DNA of 64,000 bases from Octopus bimaculoides (Eukaryota). The position numbers and the translations under genes are program-made. The DNA is taken from NCBI RefSeq assembly GCF_001194135.2, contig NC_068981.1, positions 164,158,118-164,222,117 on the forward strand, written 5' to 3'. The notes under the pieces were generated by a model, which was not told the DNA's origin, searched no databases, and was given only the letters and a program-made list of their open reading frames with translations. Shown in pieces: positions 38,360 through 50,975 of this stretch (its first letter is position 1; each line of letters begins with the position of its first letter).

Positions 38360-39835
38360 TGTTCTATTCGTGTTTTCTGTTGAGGCACGGTCTTTCTATT
38401 GCTATGTATGTTGCCTCTGTGATCTGTTTAAGTGTTGTGTCAGTTCCTGTGTGTTGATAATACTTTGACCTCTATGCTATTAACTGAGCCTCTGTGTTCT
38501 GCTTGAGCATGTTGGTAGAGCACTGACGAGCTTTTCTCTTCTTTGACCTCTTGCCAGTGTTCACCTACACACTCCCCTATACTGTGTGCTGTCTCTCCAA
38601 TATAAGTGGTTGTCATGCTTCTGCACCGTCCCTCAGTACATCGTAAGCTATACATTATATTTCTGATCTTACAGCTAACCTATGGGTTCATTATGCGTAC
38701 AATACAGTTGTTCTGCGTACATGAGGACCTTTCGAAGTGATACGTTCTACAGTTCAGGGATTTTATAGGGGAATCAGGCCTTTTTACTACTCTAATCCGT
38801 AGATTGGCCTTTTCTGATGTTTTTCTAAAAAAAAAGTATGCTAGTTTGCCACCAGAGGTAGCATCAACGAACATGACACTGGTATTTTTTGTTGTCATAC
38901 GATGAGTTGGCCTTATCTATCTTTTTTCCGGTCCTTTCTGTGCTGTTCCAGGATTTATTCCTGTATAGCAGGCAGATCCCCTTTGCATCACTCTCTGCGA
39001 TGGCGTTGTACTTACCCATGACTCCTTTGTACACTCTAATCCTGTCCCTTTGGACAGAACTGCACGTGGCGGATGAAGTGTTGTATATGTGTCTTTTCAG
39101 TTCCATAGGGTCATGCATGCAAGACACATTCCTTATCACTCTCAAGTCTGCTATAAGTATATTGAACTTGGTGTTGTCCGCAATGGCTATGTTCTTGTGA
39201 ACAAGGTATTTAGAGGCCATGGGTTTGGCATAATGGGAGTGAAGGATCTGAACCTTATTGTGCTTGGTTTCTAACCAGAGTTCCGTGTCTTAAACTGGTA
39301 ACCTATATTTGGGGTGCTTGTTAGGGTACTCTGTCGTTACTTTGATATTCTAGTGAATGGAGTAAGCAACTGAGTTAGCTATTTGCTAGATACTCTCCAT
39401 AGTTTTAGCTTCTAGATCATCAACATTGTCTTGTAGGAGTGCTTTGGCTACTATATTGATATCATTCACATAGCGGGAGTACATGGTTAGGTTTATGGAG
39501 TTCTCTGCTAAATTCTCTTTGAGTCTCCTATCCCACCATACCATAAATAGGTTAGCCACATCACAAGCGATACTGACACCGATGGCTGCACCTTCCACTT
39601 GAGTGCATATCTTGTTATTAAACTTAAATATGTGGCCCTTGAGTGTGACCTTGATACTCGCACCTACAGCATTTGCGACCATCTTTTTAACCCGTTCATC
39701 ATTTTCGAGGTTCCGTATAAATCTGGTCCACCCGTCTCATCTCTCTCTAGGGGTCTTCTTAGCCATAGAAGTTATAGTAGGGGCATACCTCTTACCGATC
39801 TAGTGGGGTAGAAACAACTAAGGTCATGTTCTCTA
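38360..39835 (-). mobile_element. Decayed Penelope-like retroelement (RT plus GIY-YIG endonuclease, Neptune-like linker)
   Basis: RT: FKFNNKICTQVEGAAIGVSIACDVANLFMVWWD..RYVNDINIV (YVDD changed to YVND); thumb: ICLLYRNKSW; linker: SVMFVDAT.GGKLA..C..C; EN: YSLRCTEGRC..TYIGETAHSIGE..GEH..LKQITEATYI..PCLNRKHE; several frameshifts. Confidence 0.9.
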
Positions 39836-40019
39836 AGTAATAATTGTCACATATTAGATAATGTTGTACTAGATAGCCCGAAATAGTCACGGCTGGAATG
39901 CTTTTAATCAAAAGTCTTCTACCTAAGGTTTGATTTGAGACTGAAAAATAACATTGGTCATTGCTTCAAAGCCAGCAATTTTGAAGGAGTTGTCTGTCGA
40001 TTCCATTGACCTCAGCACT

Positions 40020-40160
40020 TGATTAGCATTTTATTTTATCGATCACCAAAAGATAAAAAAGATAAATCGACCTCGGTGGGATTTCAAATCCTAAAGAGCT
40101 TGACTGAATACTACAAAGCATATGTCCGACTAATTTAACGACTCTGCCAATTTGTCGTCC
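40020..40160 (-). mobile_element. Degenerate SINE family A
   Basis: TTTATTTTATCGA...AAATCGACCTCGGTGGGATTTCAAA...TAACGACTCTGCCAA. Confidence 0.7.
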
Positions 40161-40189
40161 AAATCATCAGCGAGTAGCGTCTACGCCGT

Positions 40190-40375
40190 TGTTCGACCCA
40201 CAAGAAATGGTAGCCGAACCTCCTTCAAATTACATGCTGTCATGTTGAAAGACAGAAGCCACCTGGGATAATGTAGTCCTATGTACACAACGTACAAAAT
40301 AAGTGTACGATAGGATGGCCATAGCTGGAAGATCAGTGCTCATTGATGTGTTCAATCAGCAGTTGGTCTGCGATC
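40190..40375 (-). mobile_element. Interspersed repeat family E
   Basis: TGGGATAATGTAGTCCT..GTACAC...GGATGGCCATAGCTGGAA match the reverse complement of family E. Confidence 0.6.
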
Positions 40376-40844
40376 GAGCAACAATAGTAGCGAAAAGACA
40401 ACAACAAAAGCAACAACATCCAGAACAAACTCATTCTCACTCTGCCAGACATATCTTCATCAATTCCTCCATCCACCCCCATCACCTCAGTAATGTCGGT
40501 AATGCTAGCCATGGTTTACGACCTTCTTCTGGAAGCAGAGATGTGAGTATGATGGTGATGATAGTGGGGTACAGAAGGCATGTTGGTAGGGTTGAACGCT
40601 TTCTTTCTTTCACCAAACTCTTCCATCTTTTCCCTTTCTTCTTTCGTAGTTTGTTTCCGGTATTTCTTCCTATTTTTGGTGTTTGGAATTTTGTTTGGTC
40701 GCCTCAATGTCTGCAATATTCTTTTTCCTGATAACTATTGGGTTATATGGTTATCTGGTTCATTTTTGGTTAGAGATATATGATTGTGTATCATTTATTN
40801 NNNNNNNNNATATGTATATATATATGTATATATATAGAAGCGTA

Positions 40845-41179
40845 GGGACGGTTGTGCGGTAAGAGACTTGCTTTCCAGCCACATGGTTCCGGGTTCAGTC
40901 CCACTGCGTGTCCCCTTCGGCAAGTGTCTTCTACTATGGCCTTGGGCCGACCATAGCCTTGTGAGTGTATTTGGTAGACAGAAACTGAAAGAAGCCCGTT
41001 GTCTATATACGTGTATGTGTGTGTGTGTGTGTGTGTGTATGTGTGTGTGTGTGTTTGTATATGTTTGTGTGTCTATGTTTGTCCCCCACCCCACCATCGC
41101 TTGGCAACCGATATTGGTGTGTTTAGGAGCCCTTAACTTAGCAGTTCGACACAAGAGGCCGATAGAATAAGTACTAGGC
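40845..41179 (+). mobile_element. SINE family B (runs into gap)
   Basis: Head CCACATGGTTCCGGGTTCAGTCCCACTGCGTG, TG slot, GATAGAATAAGTACTAGGC. Confidence 0.9.
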
Positions 41180-41702
41180 NNNNNNNNNNNNNNNNNNNNN
41201 NNNNNNNNNNNNNNNNNNNNNNNNNNNNNNNNNNNNNNNNNNNNNNNNNNNNNNNNNNNNNNNNNNNNNNNNNNNNNNNNNNNNNNNNNNNNNNNNNNNN
41301 NNNNNNNNNNNNNNNNNNNNNNNNNNNNNNNNNNNNNNNNNNNNNNNNNNNNNNNNNNNNNNNNNNNNNNNNNNNNNNNNNNNNNNNNNNNNNNNNNNNN
41401 NNNNNNNNNNNNNNNNNNNNNNNNNNNNNNNNNNNNNNNNNNNNNNNNNNNNNNNNNNNNNNNNNNNNNNNNNNNNNNNNNNNNNNNNNNNNNNNNNNNN
41501 NNNNNNNNNNNNNNNNNNNNNNNNNNNNNNNNNNNNNNNNNNNNNNNNNNNNNNNNNNNNNNNNNNNNNNNNNNNNNNNNNNNNNNNNNNNNNNNNNNNN
41601 NNNNNNNNNNNNNNNNNNNNNNNNNNNNNNNNNNNNNNNNNNNNNNNNNNNNNNNNNNNNNNNNNNNNNNNNNNNNNNNNNNNNNNNNNNNNNNNNNNNN
41701 NN

Positions 41703-41995
41703 ATAAATTAAGTACCAGTTACGCACTGGGGTCGATATAATCGACTTAATCCGTTTGTCTGTCCTTGTTTGTCCCCTCTGTGTGTAGCCCCTTGTGGGCA
41801 GTAAAGAAATAGGTATTTCCTCTACCGCTACGTTCTGAGTTCAAATTCCGCCGAGGTCGACTTTGCCTTTCATTCTTTCGGGGTCGATTAAATAAGTACC
41901 AGTTACGCACTGGCGTCGATGTAATCGACTTAATCCCTTTGTCTGTCCTTGTTTGTCCCCTCTATGTTTAGCCCCCTGTGGGCAACAAAGAAATA
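41703..41995 (+). mobile_element. Head-to-tail tandem of two family A SINE 3' parts
   Basis: The tail TAAGTACCAGTTACGCACTGG.GTCGAT.TAATCGACTTAATCC.TTTGTCTGTCCTTGTTTGTCCCCTCT...AAAGAAATA occurs twice, the second preceded by a 5'-truncated body. Confidence 0.9.
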
Positions 41996-42286
41996 AATAT
42001 CGTTCATTGTAGCTTTAATATAGTAAATTCATGTACACGGTCCGAATGCGAAAGTATGTGAACTTCAACTGCACTGAAGCAGTTTATTACTACCAAGCTA
42101 GGTTAAAATTGATGTTTTCTCAGATGTTTTATAATGTCAAACTGTTTCTAGTGTGATGGTATTTATTGGTTAGAAAAATTACTTTTACAGTTAATTCATG
42201 AGTTGTATTAACTGTAAAAGTGCATTACAGAGTGCACAAACATAGGCATGACTACACATAGATATGCATATATATGTGTGCGTGTA

Positions 42287-42319
<33 letters not shown>

Positions 42320-42728
42320 NNNNNNNNNNNNNNNNNNNNNNNNNNNNNNNNNNNNNNNNNNNNNNNNNNNNNNNNNNNNNNNNNNNNNNNNNNNNNNNNN
42401 NNNNNNNNNNNNNNNNNNNNNNNNNNNNNNNNNNNNNNNNNNNNNNNNNNNNNNNNNNNNNNNNNNNNNNNNNNNNNNNNNNNNNNNNNNNNNNNNNNNN
42501 NNNNNNNNNNNNNNNNNNNNNNNNNNNNNNNNNNNNNNNNNNNNNNNNNNNNNNNNNNNNNNNNNNNNNNNNNNNNNNNNNNNNNNNNNNNNNNNNNNNN
42601 NNNNNNNNNNNNNNNNNNNNNNNNNNNNNNNNNNNNNNNNNNNNNNNNNNNNNNNNNNNNNNNNNNNNNNNNNNNNNNNNNNNNNNACACATACATACAT
42701 ATGCATTTATATACACAGACAATACACA

Positions 42729-42765
<37 letters not shown>

Positions 42766-42873
42766 AAGCATACTAAGAGAAAAAGTAACGAACGAAGCTA
42801 ATTCAAAGTGAAAGGGAAATAAAGGGAAAGCCGTATTGTATAGCCATATGCAAACACGCGCACACACACATAG

Positions 42874-42914
<41 letters not shown>

Positions 42915-42974
42915 TACACACACATACACACACAAACACAACTAAGTGGACAGAAGATAAGAAAGTGAGACAAA

Positions 42975-42994
42975 CAGAGAGAGAGAGAAGGAGA

Positions 42995-43031
<37 letters not shown>

Positions 43032-43034
43032 AGA

Positions 43035-43110
<76 letters not shown>
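42975..43110. repeat. (GA)n microsatellite
   Basis: Direct reading. Confidence 0.95.
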
Positions 43111-43118
<8 letters not shown>

Positions 43119-45140
43119 TATATGAACTCCCGCCCATGTCTAATTTAATGGAAAAAGAAAGTGGCTGAAACATCGAAGTAAGGGATATTTCTGCGCTCTA
43201 TCAGGCAGGCCGTCAGGGAAAAATATCACCAACTAAGATTTAGCTCGAGCCGTATAATTTACCTCTGCTGGCTGAATCTGGTATAATTTACGGCTGCAAC
43301 AAGGTAGCTTAATTAAACTATTCAAATCATCTCCTCCTTATTCAACGAATGATCTGATACTGGAAGCATACAGCTGTGTCATTGCGCCACACACACACAC
43401 ACACGCAAGCACGCACACACAGACATACACACATACGACGTAAAGCATATATGCAAATATACACATACAGGTACTTTAGTTGTTAGCATTAACCGACAAT
43501 TTTAGCGGAAAAGATAGACAATGCAGTGTTGTGTTTATATTGATTCAACATTATAAGATTCGTAATTTTACTGAGAGGCAAAATGTGGAGATGATTATGT
43601 GTTCGCAAACAAATATGGTAAAGGGTCCGGGCAATGACTATGCGCTAAAGAAGTTTATTTTACAGTCAGGTTTGATCCCTCTTTGTGGCATTTTGCAAGA
43701 ATGTCTTGCTTCTACGATAGCTTCAGTCAATCAAAAACATTGTAAATAAAAGCAGTAATCAGAAGTGTGTGGAAACCCGGTCACATGGATTGCACCTCTT
43801 GTCTAGTGGCTGACCAGTTTGAGACCACAACTTGGTCTTTGAATTCCTTTAACGAGGTTCACTCTGTTATCTCTCTGATTACATTGATGGTGTGAGATTT
43901 TCGAGATTTCTTGATGGGCCGTTTCATACTAGAGTAACCCATATAAGTTACGAATTGTGTCTTCTTTACTTCTCGGAGTAAAGAAGAGTTTTGCCTTCTC
44001 CCCTCTGGTTTTGACAAAATCATTTAAAAAGAATGTCAAGACTTTAGAAGAGATATTGTTAAAAAGACACGGAGAATAGTTAGGATAATTAGGTCACGAA
44101 ACGAGAAAACTTCATTTCTCGATCAGATTGGAGTTAAAACCTCTGAGATGCACCTCAAAGAATTTTTCCGATTTGCGACCAGATAACTTGATACATCTCA
44201 GATATCGTAACCCTTTACTGTCCTGTGTATCACATGTGATATTCAGGTCATATTTCACTGAGTTCATTTATCGGGCATGATACACATCCTCTGTTTTGTT
44301 TTCAACCACCAGACTAACTTGAGGTTTATGAAAGGAAAACCTAATATTACTCAGAATATATGAAACAGTGGTTAACTAAATGTCTGAAAACTAGCACCAA
44401 CGTTTCAGACAAACTTATGAAAATGCTTTTAGCAGGCAAAGTGTTAAGTCGTCTGAGGTTAGTTATACTGTTGATACAATTATAATTTTTCGGATTATTA
44501 ATCTCTGTTAGTCTGAACTCCGGTCGTCATCCAGGTTACTATTCCTAAATTTATAAATAGTACCAGATTGCAATCGAACCTGGGACATTTATTTCTAAAT
44601 TTATGAACAGGAAGGCTCTTATCCACTAGACAACTGATGCAGTTCAAGCAAAACTAATCATCATCTAGATGTAGATATTAAACCGTTTTTGATCTCTAAA
44701 ATGAAGTTACTGGTCATGAAATATGATTTGAAATATGGTTTATAAAACAAATATATTTTGCATTGCTTTTCAATCGTATTACAATTTGTCTAGCTTTCAT
44801 TTTTGAAATTATAACTGCTATTTTAAAATCAAGTTTCGGTGCATAAATCACTTGCTAGATCATATCTGGATTTGATATTTCTTTCTTCTGATTTCATAAA
44901 TCCCATATGCAATGACTTCTTTGTCATTTCACTAGGATTTTATGGGGGGAAAATAAATCTAGAATAAATGACATAATATTCCATATGGAAATATATTAAT
45001 TGATTCTACTAAGAAAGTATAACCATGCTTAGTCTTAAACAATTTTGGAGATTTAACGCGATGAAGCTGTGAAACGCACAGGTTCTCTTTAGGGAGCATA
45101 ACACCAGAGTTCTTTTAAAGCCATGACAGGGAATACATCA

Positions 45141-45196
<56 letters not shown>

Positions 45197-45906
45197 GTCT
45201 GTCTGTCTGTCTGTCTGTCTGCCTGTCTGTCTGTCTGTCTGTATGTATGTCCATTGACAGACAGACAGACAGACAGATTATTAAACCTTTACAAGAAGAA
45301 GGGTGATAGTGACTTCGAAATCTTGTCATGATAGCTTTCATTGGATTATACGAAGGCTAGAAGCCGAAAATTCAAAGTCATAATTTTTTATAGGATTTTC
45401 GGTGAAAGGTATCCTCGAACTGAAAGCCAGTTCCGAATGCTTTTAACAGGTCGTGTTGTTAAGGATCCCTAAATAATCAAAGGCAAAATTGACCCCTCCA
45501 GTGAATCCGTACAAATATCAAGAAACATTTTAAACAACGTTCCAGCGAATATATATGTAGTAATGTCAAGGACTGAAAGAATGAGCTCTCCGCCAAGTAC
45601 ATGTCTAACAAGAATGACCGTGATTGAATTTAGGATAAACTTTCACGTCGTTAGGAAAATCCAGGAGAAGCAATGGTGGTGAGAATGTGTATGAATAGAA
45701 CAGTGAGGTGAATAAACATTCATTCTCTCATTTTGCTTCTTTTTATCCGGTTCTATTCATAGACATACACATACGTGCGCGCACACAGACACAGTAAAAA
45801 AAAACGAAGAAAAAAAACAGAGAAAAAAAGTACTAAACAAAAAAATGTGGGGAAATAACACAAGCAATGTATTAATATGATGCTCGGAGAAAGAAGAGAG
45901 TTGTTG

Positions 45907-45939
45907 TTCTACGTTTCGAGAATAGCTCTTCTTCAGAAA
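45907..45939 (-). ncRNA. Ultra-minimal hammerhead-like motif (weak stem I)
   Basis: Minus strand TTT-CTGAAGA-A-GAG-CTATT-CTC-GAAA-CG-TA-GAA: core intact, ACGT palindrome in place of stem III, only 3-bp stem I. Confidence 0.5.
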
Positions 45940-46029
45940 GAGGAAAAACACGAAAATCCAAAGGTGAAAGAGAGAAGAAGGAAGTAATATATACTCATAT
46001 GTATGCACAAGGCCGTAACAGAGGCGGGA

Positions 46030-46318
46030 AGAGATTAAATCGAAGAGGTAAAGGAGTACGTCTACTTAAGGCACACAGTGAAAATGCGCTGAGGTATGTA
46101 TGGATGCTGAAATTTCAAGGAGAATAAGAGCAGGATGGAAGGCATTTAAATCAGTAAAGGATGGGATGTGCTCCAAGCAAAAGCTAGGCAATATCATACA
46201 TGCCAGTCCCTCCAATTGCACCAATGAGGATAGAACATAGATTAGCTATGACGCAAAAGGCCATGGAAAGGTCCATATTAGGAACATCAGTAAGAGAGCA
46301 CATTCGAAAGGAAATAAT
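46030..46318 (+). mobile_element. RTE-clade LINE fragment (post-RT)
   Basis: IEEVKEYVYL..DAEISRRIRAGWKAFKSVK..RLAMTQKAMERSILGTSVREHIRKE. Confidence 0.85.
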
Positions 46319-46335
46319 NNNNNNNNNNGCCAGCA

Positions 46336-46378
46336 TTCAGGGACATGTTTCTGAGTCTTTGCTCGTCATCAGCCTGAA
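46336..46378 (-). ncRNA. Minimal type I hammerhead ribozyme
   Basis: Minus strand TTCAGG-CTGATGA-C-GAG-CAAAGA-CTC-A-GAAA-CATG-TC-CCTGAA: perfect 6-bp stem I, intact core, palindromic CATG, GUC triplet. Confidence 0.85.
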
Positions 46379-46529
46379 GTAACTTGCCAGCTGGATAGAG
46401 AGGCCTGTTTCTCCTTCACAAACTTATGTAAATCATAGTGAAGTTCATTCACTGATCAGCAAAATTAGAAATATGATATTTCTAAATCTCAGAGAGATTT
46501 AAGCAGTAGTGTTTGCCATTATTGTTGTT

Positions 46530-46735
46530 ATTATTGTTGTTTATCTTCTGGTCATACCTAATTGAGTTTTCTTATGACTAAAGTATTCTATACGTGGCCA
46601 CCCAACTTTTAATTTTTTTTTAATCCGGCAGGCTGCATTTAGAACTAAATTATCCAATGTGTTATTCCTTTAGTAAGACGGTAGTCTGTGATGTAACAGT
46701 AATTTGGTTATAGTATTCGCTTTTAGAAGAATAGC
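46530..46735 (+). mobile_element. Interspersed repeat family E
   Basis: GGTCATACCTAATTGAG...ACGTGGCCACCC...AAATTATCCAATGTGT...AAGACGGTAGTCTGTGAT. Confidence 0.6.
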
Positions 46736-46770
46736 GCCAAACTTGCTTTAAAACCACAGCTAGGAATACG

Positions 46771-46801
<31 letters not shown>

Positions 46802-46859
46802 TGTATGTATGTATGTATGCATGTGTGTATGTAACGTTTAGTCATATTTAGTCCATACG

Positions 46860-47353
46860 GCCCTTGGGGCTCCATGTAAGACTTTGTTGTTAAGGTTTTA
46901 GTGCAATAAACAGGTTATACTTCTACAAAAACTATTTTAACAATTTTTAAATACAATTCCTAATAATATTTAATTATAAAAGATATAGTGGAGGCGCGTG
47001 GCTTAGTGGTTAGAGTGTCAGCATCATGATCGTAAGATTGTGGTTTCGATTCCTGGACCGGGCGACGCGTTGTGTGTTCTTGAGCAAAACACTTCATTTC
47101 ACGTTGCTCCAGTCCACTCAGCTGGCAAAAATGAGTAACGCTGCGATGGACTGGCGTCCCGTCCAGCTGGGGAACATACGCCATTGAAACCGGGGAACCG
47201 GGCCCATGAGCCTGGCTAGGCTTTAAAAGGGCGCATTTATTTATTATAAAAGATATAATGGGATTTTTTAAAACATCGAATGGCTATGGAGGTCCAGTAG
47301 AATAAAGTAGGAATCAAACGGGTTCATAGTTACAAAAATGGTTGAGAAACACT
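46860..47353. mobile_element. hAT MITE (same family as 5453-5779) interrupted by a SINE
   Basis: Right end TTTTAAAACATCGAATGGCTATGGAGGTCC...GGTTGAGAAACACTG is homologous to 5690-5779; left terminus not recognisable. Confidence 0.6.
46988..47242 (+). mobile_element. Young tRNA-derived SINE family C with perfect 15-bp TSD
   Basis: A-box TGGCTTAGTGG (46999-47009), B-box GGTTTCGATTCC (47042-47053), CORE-like TTGAGCAAAACACTT..CACGTTGCTCCAGTCCACTCAGCTG; TSD ATTATAAAAGATATA at 46973-46987 and 47243-47257. Confidence 0.95.
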
Positions 47354-47367
47354 GATGTTAAGCTTCT

Positions 47368-47500
47368 CTCTATCCTCGTCGGTTCGGCAGCATTGAGATT
47401 GAACGATCAGCTATCGATCTCAGCAGAACTTAAAGACGGACGAAATGTCTCTAAACATTTAGCCCGGCGTGCTAACGATTCTGCCAACTCATCGCCTTCC
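47368..47500 (-). mobile_element. SINE family A 5' part
   Basis: GCCCGGCGTGCTAACGATTCTGCCAACTCATCGCC. Confidence 0.8.
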
Positions 47501-48149
47501 CAACGACAGAAGTAATAACAATTCTAATAGCATGGCTGCATTCAATAACAGAAACAGTAAAAGGGTAAACGATAATTTTTCAACTTTCACTTGTTTCAGT
47601 CATTGGACTGCGACCATACTGGTGCAGATTTCCCATATCTCATTGAATGCGAAAGGCTGTTTTCATTGATATGTATTTTAGATAATTCATGTTATTATAC
47701 ATACATATACAACTATACCAAGAGCTTTTAAGACTATGATTTCTGTATTATTTTTTTTTTTCTACAAAGTGACGAGTATGTTTTGATAAATATCATATGC
47801 CGACAATAGCTCAAATCTGTAATGGTCATGGTTAGAAGGTATCTTGATCATAGGACTTCTCAAACAGGGATGACCTAGGGCTAAAAGACAGGAGGCGTTT
47901 AAAAAAAAAAATACGACAACGAGGAAATACAAACAAAGAAACAAAATACCAGGTGGCGCCACTGATAAAAATATTTCAGAAGTGTAATGGCTGTTATATT
48001 GTTCTCTGAACTACGATAATGTCCAGTTATGTTGAATATGATGAATTAAAAGCTTACGAAGGAATCTAAGGATAAAAGGATGGTTGGTGATGGGTGGGTG
48101 GGATGAAGAATGTAGGTAGAAAAGAAGAGGGAGAGAGGGGGGTAAAGGT

Positions 48150-48285
48150 GGAAATACATACACATACACACATGCATATATATGTGTGGATGTATGAATG
48201 TGTGTGTATGTCTGTATATAAACGCACACAAACACACACATATATATATATATTATATAATATATATACATATACACATAGACAC

Positions 48286-48351
<66 letters not shown>

Positions 48352-48800
48352 CACAGACATATATACATATATACATACATACATATATTTATACACACGC
48401 ACAGATATATGCACATACATATACATATACACACACACATATATATATATACAGACAAATACATATACATACACATGTACACACATATATACACGAGCAT
48501 ATAGATTTACCGATAAATATATATGTATAAATATAGTGTATATTATATAATATACATATAGATACATACATATACATACATATATATACATATACATATA
48601 TATATATACATACATATACATTACATATACATATACCTATATATATATATATATATATGTATATACATTACATATACATATATATATGTAAAGATACGCG
48701 CAGACACACACAGGCACATCCACACACACAAATACCAAGTAAACATAACACATAAATATACACTCACACACGCAGACACATACACACACACACATAGAGG
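48150..48800. repeat. Compound TA/CA microsatellite field
   Basis: Direct reading. Confidence 0.9.
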
Positions 48801-50142
48801 TTACAAAAGATTAATTGTCAAGCTAGAGAGAATGGAGAAACGAGCCAAGTGTCATATAACTTCAAACGAATGAAAGTGACGGTTATAAACGGGTGTCATT
48901 TCAAATGATTTTCTCCGGAGCTTTGCCAAGTCAAGTAAAAAAAAAAAAAAAGGAGAAGGGGGGGGATAAGAAAAAAGAAAAGGAACGAAAGATAATGTAA
49001 AGTTAAAATGACGAAAAGGTGAATAAAACAATGCGCGACATCCTTACAGATAGCAAACAGCTTTATACATTCAGATACATAATTTTTTCTTCAGTTTTCG
49101 AACTAGAAAATCGGGCAACTGGTTGTTGTAGTGTCTATTGATGCTGTTTTTGTCGTTGATGTTCTTCTTGTGATTCTTGTTGTTGTCATTATTGCCGTTT
49201 TTTTGTTTGTTGGTGTCTTTGTTTTTTTTTTCTGTTGTGGTTGTTGTTGTTAAGCCCCAGGTTAGGTCATTATGAGCAAATCTATGATCTATGATCNNNN
49301 NNNNNNNNNNNNNNNNNNNNNNNNNNNNNNNNNNNNNNNNNNNNNNNNNNNNNNNNNNNNNNNNNNNNNNNNNNNNNNNNNNNNNNNNNNNNNNNNNNNN
49401 NNNNNNNNNNNNNNNNNNNNNNNNNNNNNNNNNNNNNNNNNNNNNNNNNNNNNAAAAAAAAAAAAAAAAAAAAACTGCCATTCAATATTAATGCTGCTTC
49501 CGCCAATAATATTTATTTTTAATAAGCTTGGTGACTATTTGCGATATCAGTGACCGAAACGTCACTGTTATTCTATATATCGTTGGCAGTGAGATTTGGC
49601 TGGTGATCGGAAGCCCGTCTGTATGAGAGGCGAATATCGCAGTATTCAGCCTTCTAACAATACATTCGCGTTAAGTAAGATATAAAGAATTTTCTTTACC
49701 TTTTCGTTTTTCTTTTTTTTTTTTTTTGATGTAATATATATATATATGAAATACTGCATCATCATTCAATGTGCCTTTTATTTCTTCTGCCATACAGGCT
49801 AGTAATGGTCTGTCTAAGTCAAGATGATTTTTTGTATTCTTCTTTTCTACTTCGAGAGTTTAAATGTAGTTACAAAAATATGTCCTTCTGTTGAAATGAA
49901 ATTTCAGTAAATTTCTATATCTTTGTGCAAATGAAGATTGCTCTGCATTTTACATTTGATGTAATGTTCACATTGCTTAAATGAATGGAGTCGCATGAAA
50001 CGATCGTACTGCATTAGCTTTGGATATCCTTGTTGCTTATTTTGATTTTAATCACCTTATTTTGTAATTGTATGAATAATACCATACTTATTCTGGTGCC
50101 TAAACTTAAGTACCATATTCACCTTGAATCCAAATTTGACCA

Positions 50143-50206
<64 letters not shown>

Positions 50207-50355
50207 ATCAACATTTACAAATAGGCATGCGCTGCCACATACGTACGTATTTATGGGTGTCAACCGGTATATTTATTTCATTTCTAAAAAAATTGATCAA
50301 ACGTCTTTCAAGTAATCCACGCCTTCTTAGCACAATGCATGCCTGTGTGTTTCTG

Positions 50356-50386
<31 letters not shown>

Positions 50387-50796
50387 ATGTATTCGTGAGT
50401 ATGCGTAATTGTGCGTGTATGTGTGTGCTTGTGTAATTCTTTTCAATGTCTTTATGCAGTGTGTATGAATCTAATTGAAAGGCGTGTGCTGAGATTTGTA
50501 TGACATGTATAATAAGATATATTAAACAGATATTTTTACCACCCGCCGTGAGGCAGAACGTACTGACGATTATTTAGTGATGTAAGTTGGTGTCTGTTTT
50601 CTCTATATATATAAGTAATCGATAGTATATCTCTCTTTCTTTTTCTCCCACTGTATTCACACACGTGCGCGCGCGCTCAAACATACGTACGGTCACATAC
50701 ACATACACAAACATACAGCACTTGCCCGTTTTCACGTCTAGGGTCATGTGAGTATGCATGTATACGTATAACCGCAAATAAATGTATATATAAAAT

Positions 50797-50828
<32 letters not shown>

Positions 50829-50938
50829 ACATATCTTCGTGTGTATGTGTGTGTGTATGTATGTGTGCGTGTGTGTGCCCGTATATTTGTGGATATGTAT
50901 GAGTGTATAAATATTTAACTTTATACATACATACATAT

Positions 50939-50975
<37 letters not shown>

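Noticed and set aside
40400-40760. Lys/Glu-rich minus-strand ORF upstream of the Penelope element
   Set aside because: Cannot be linked to the element or to any family
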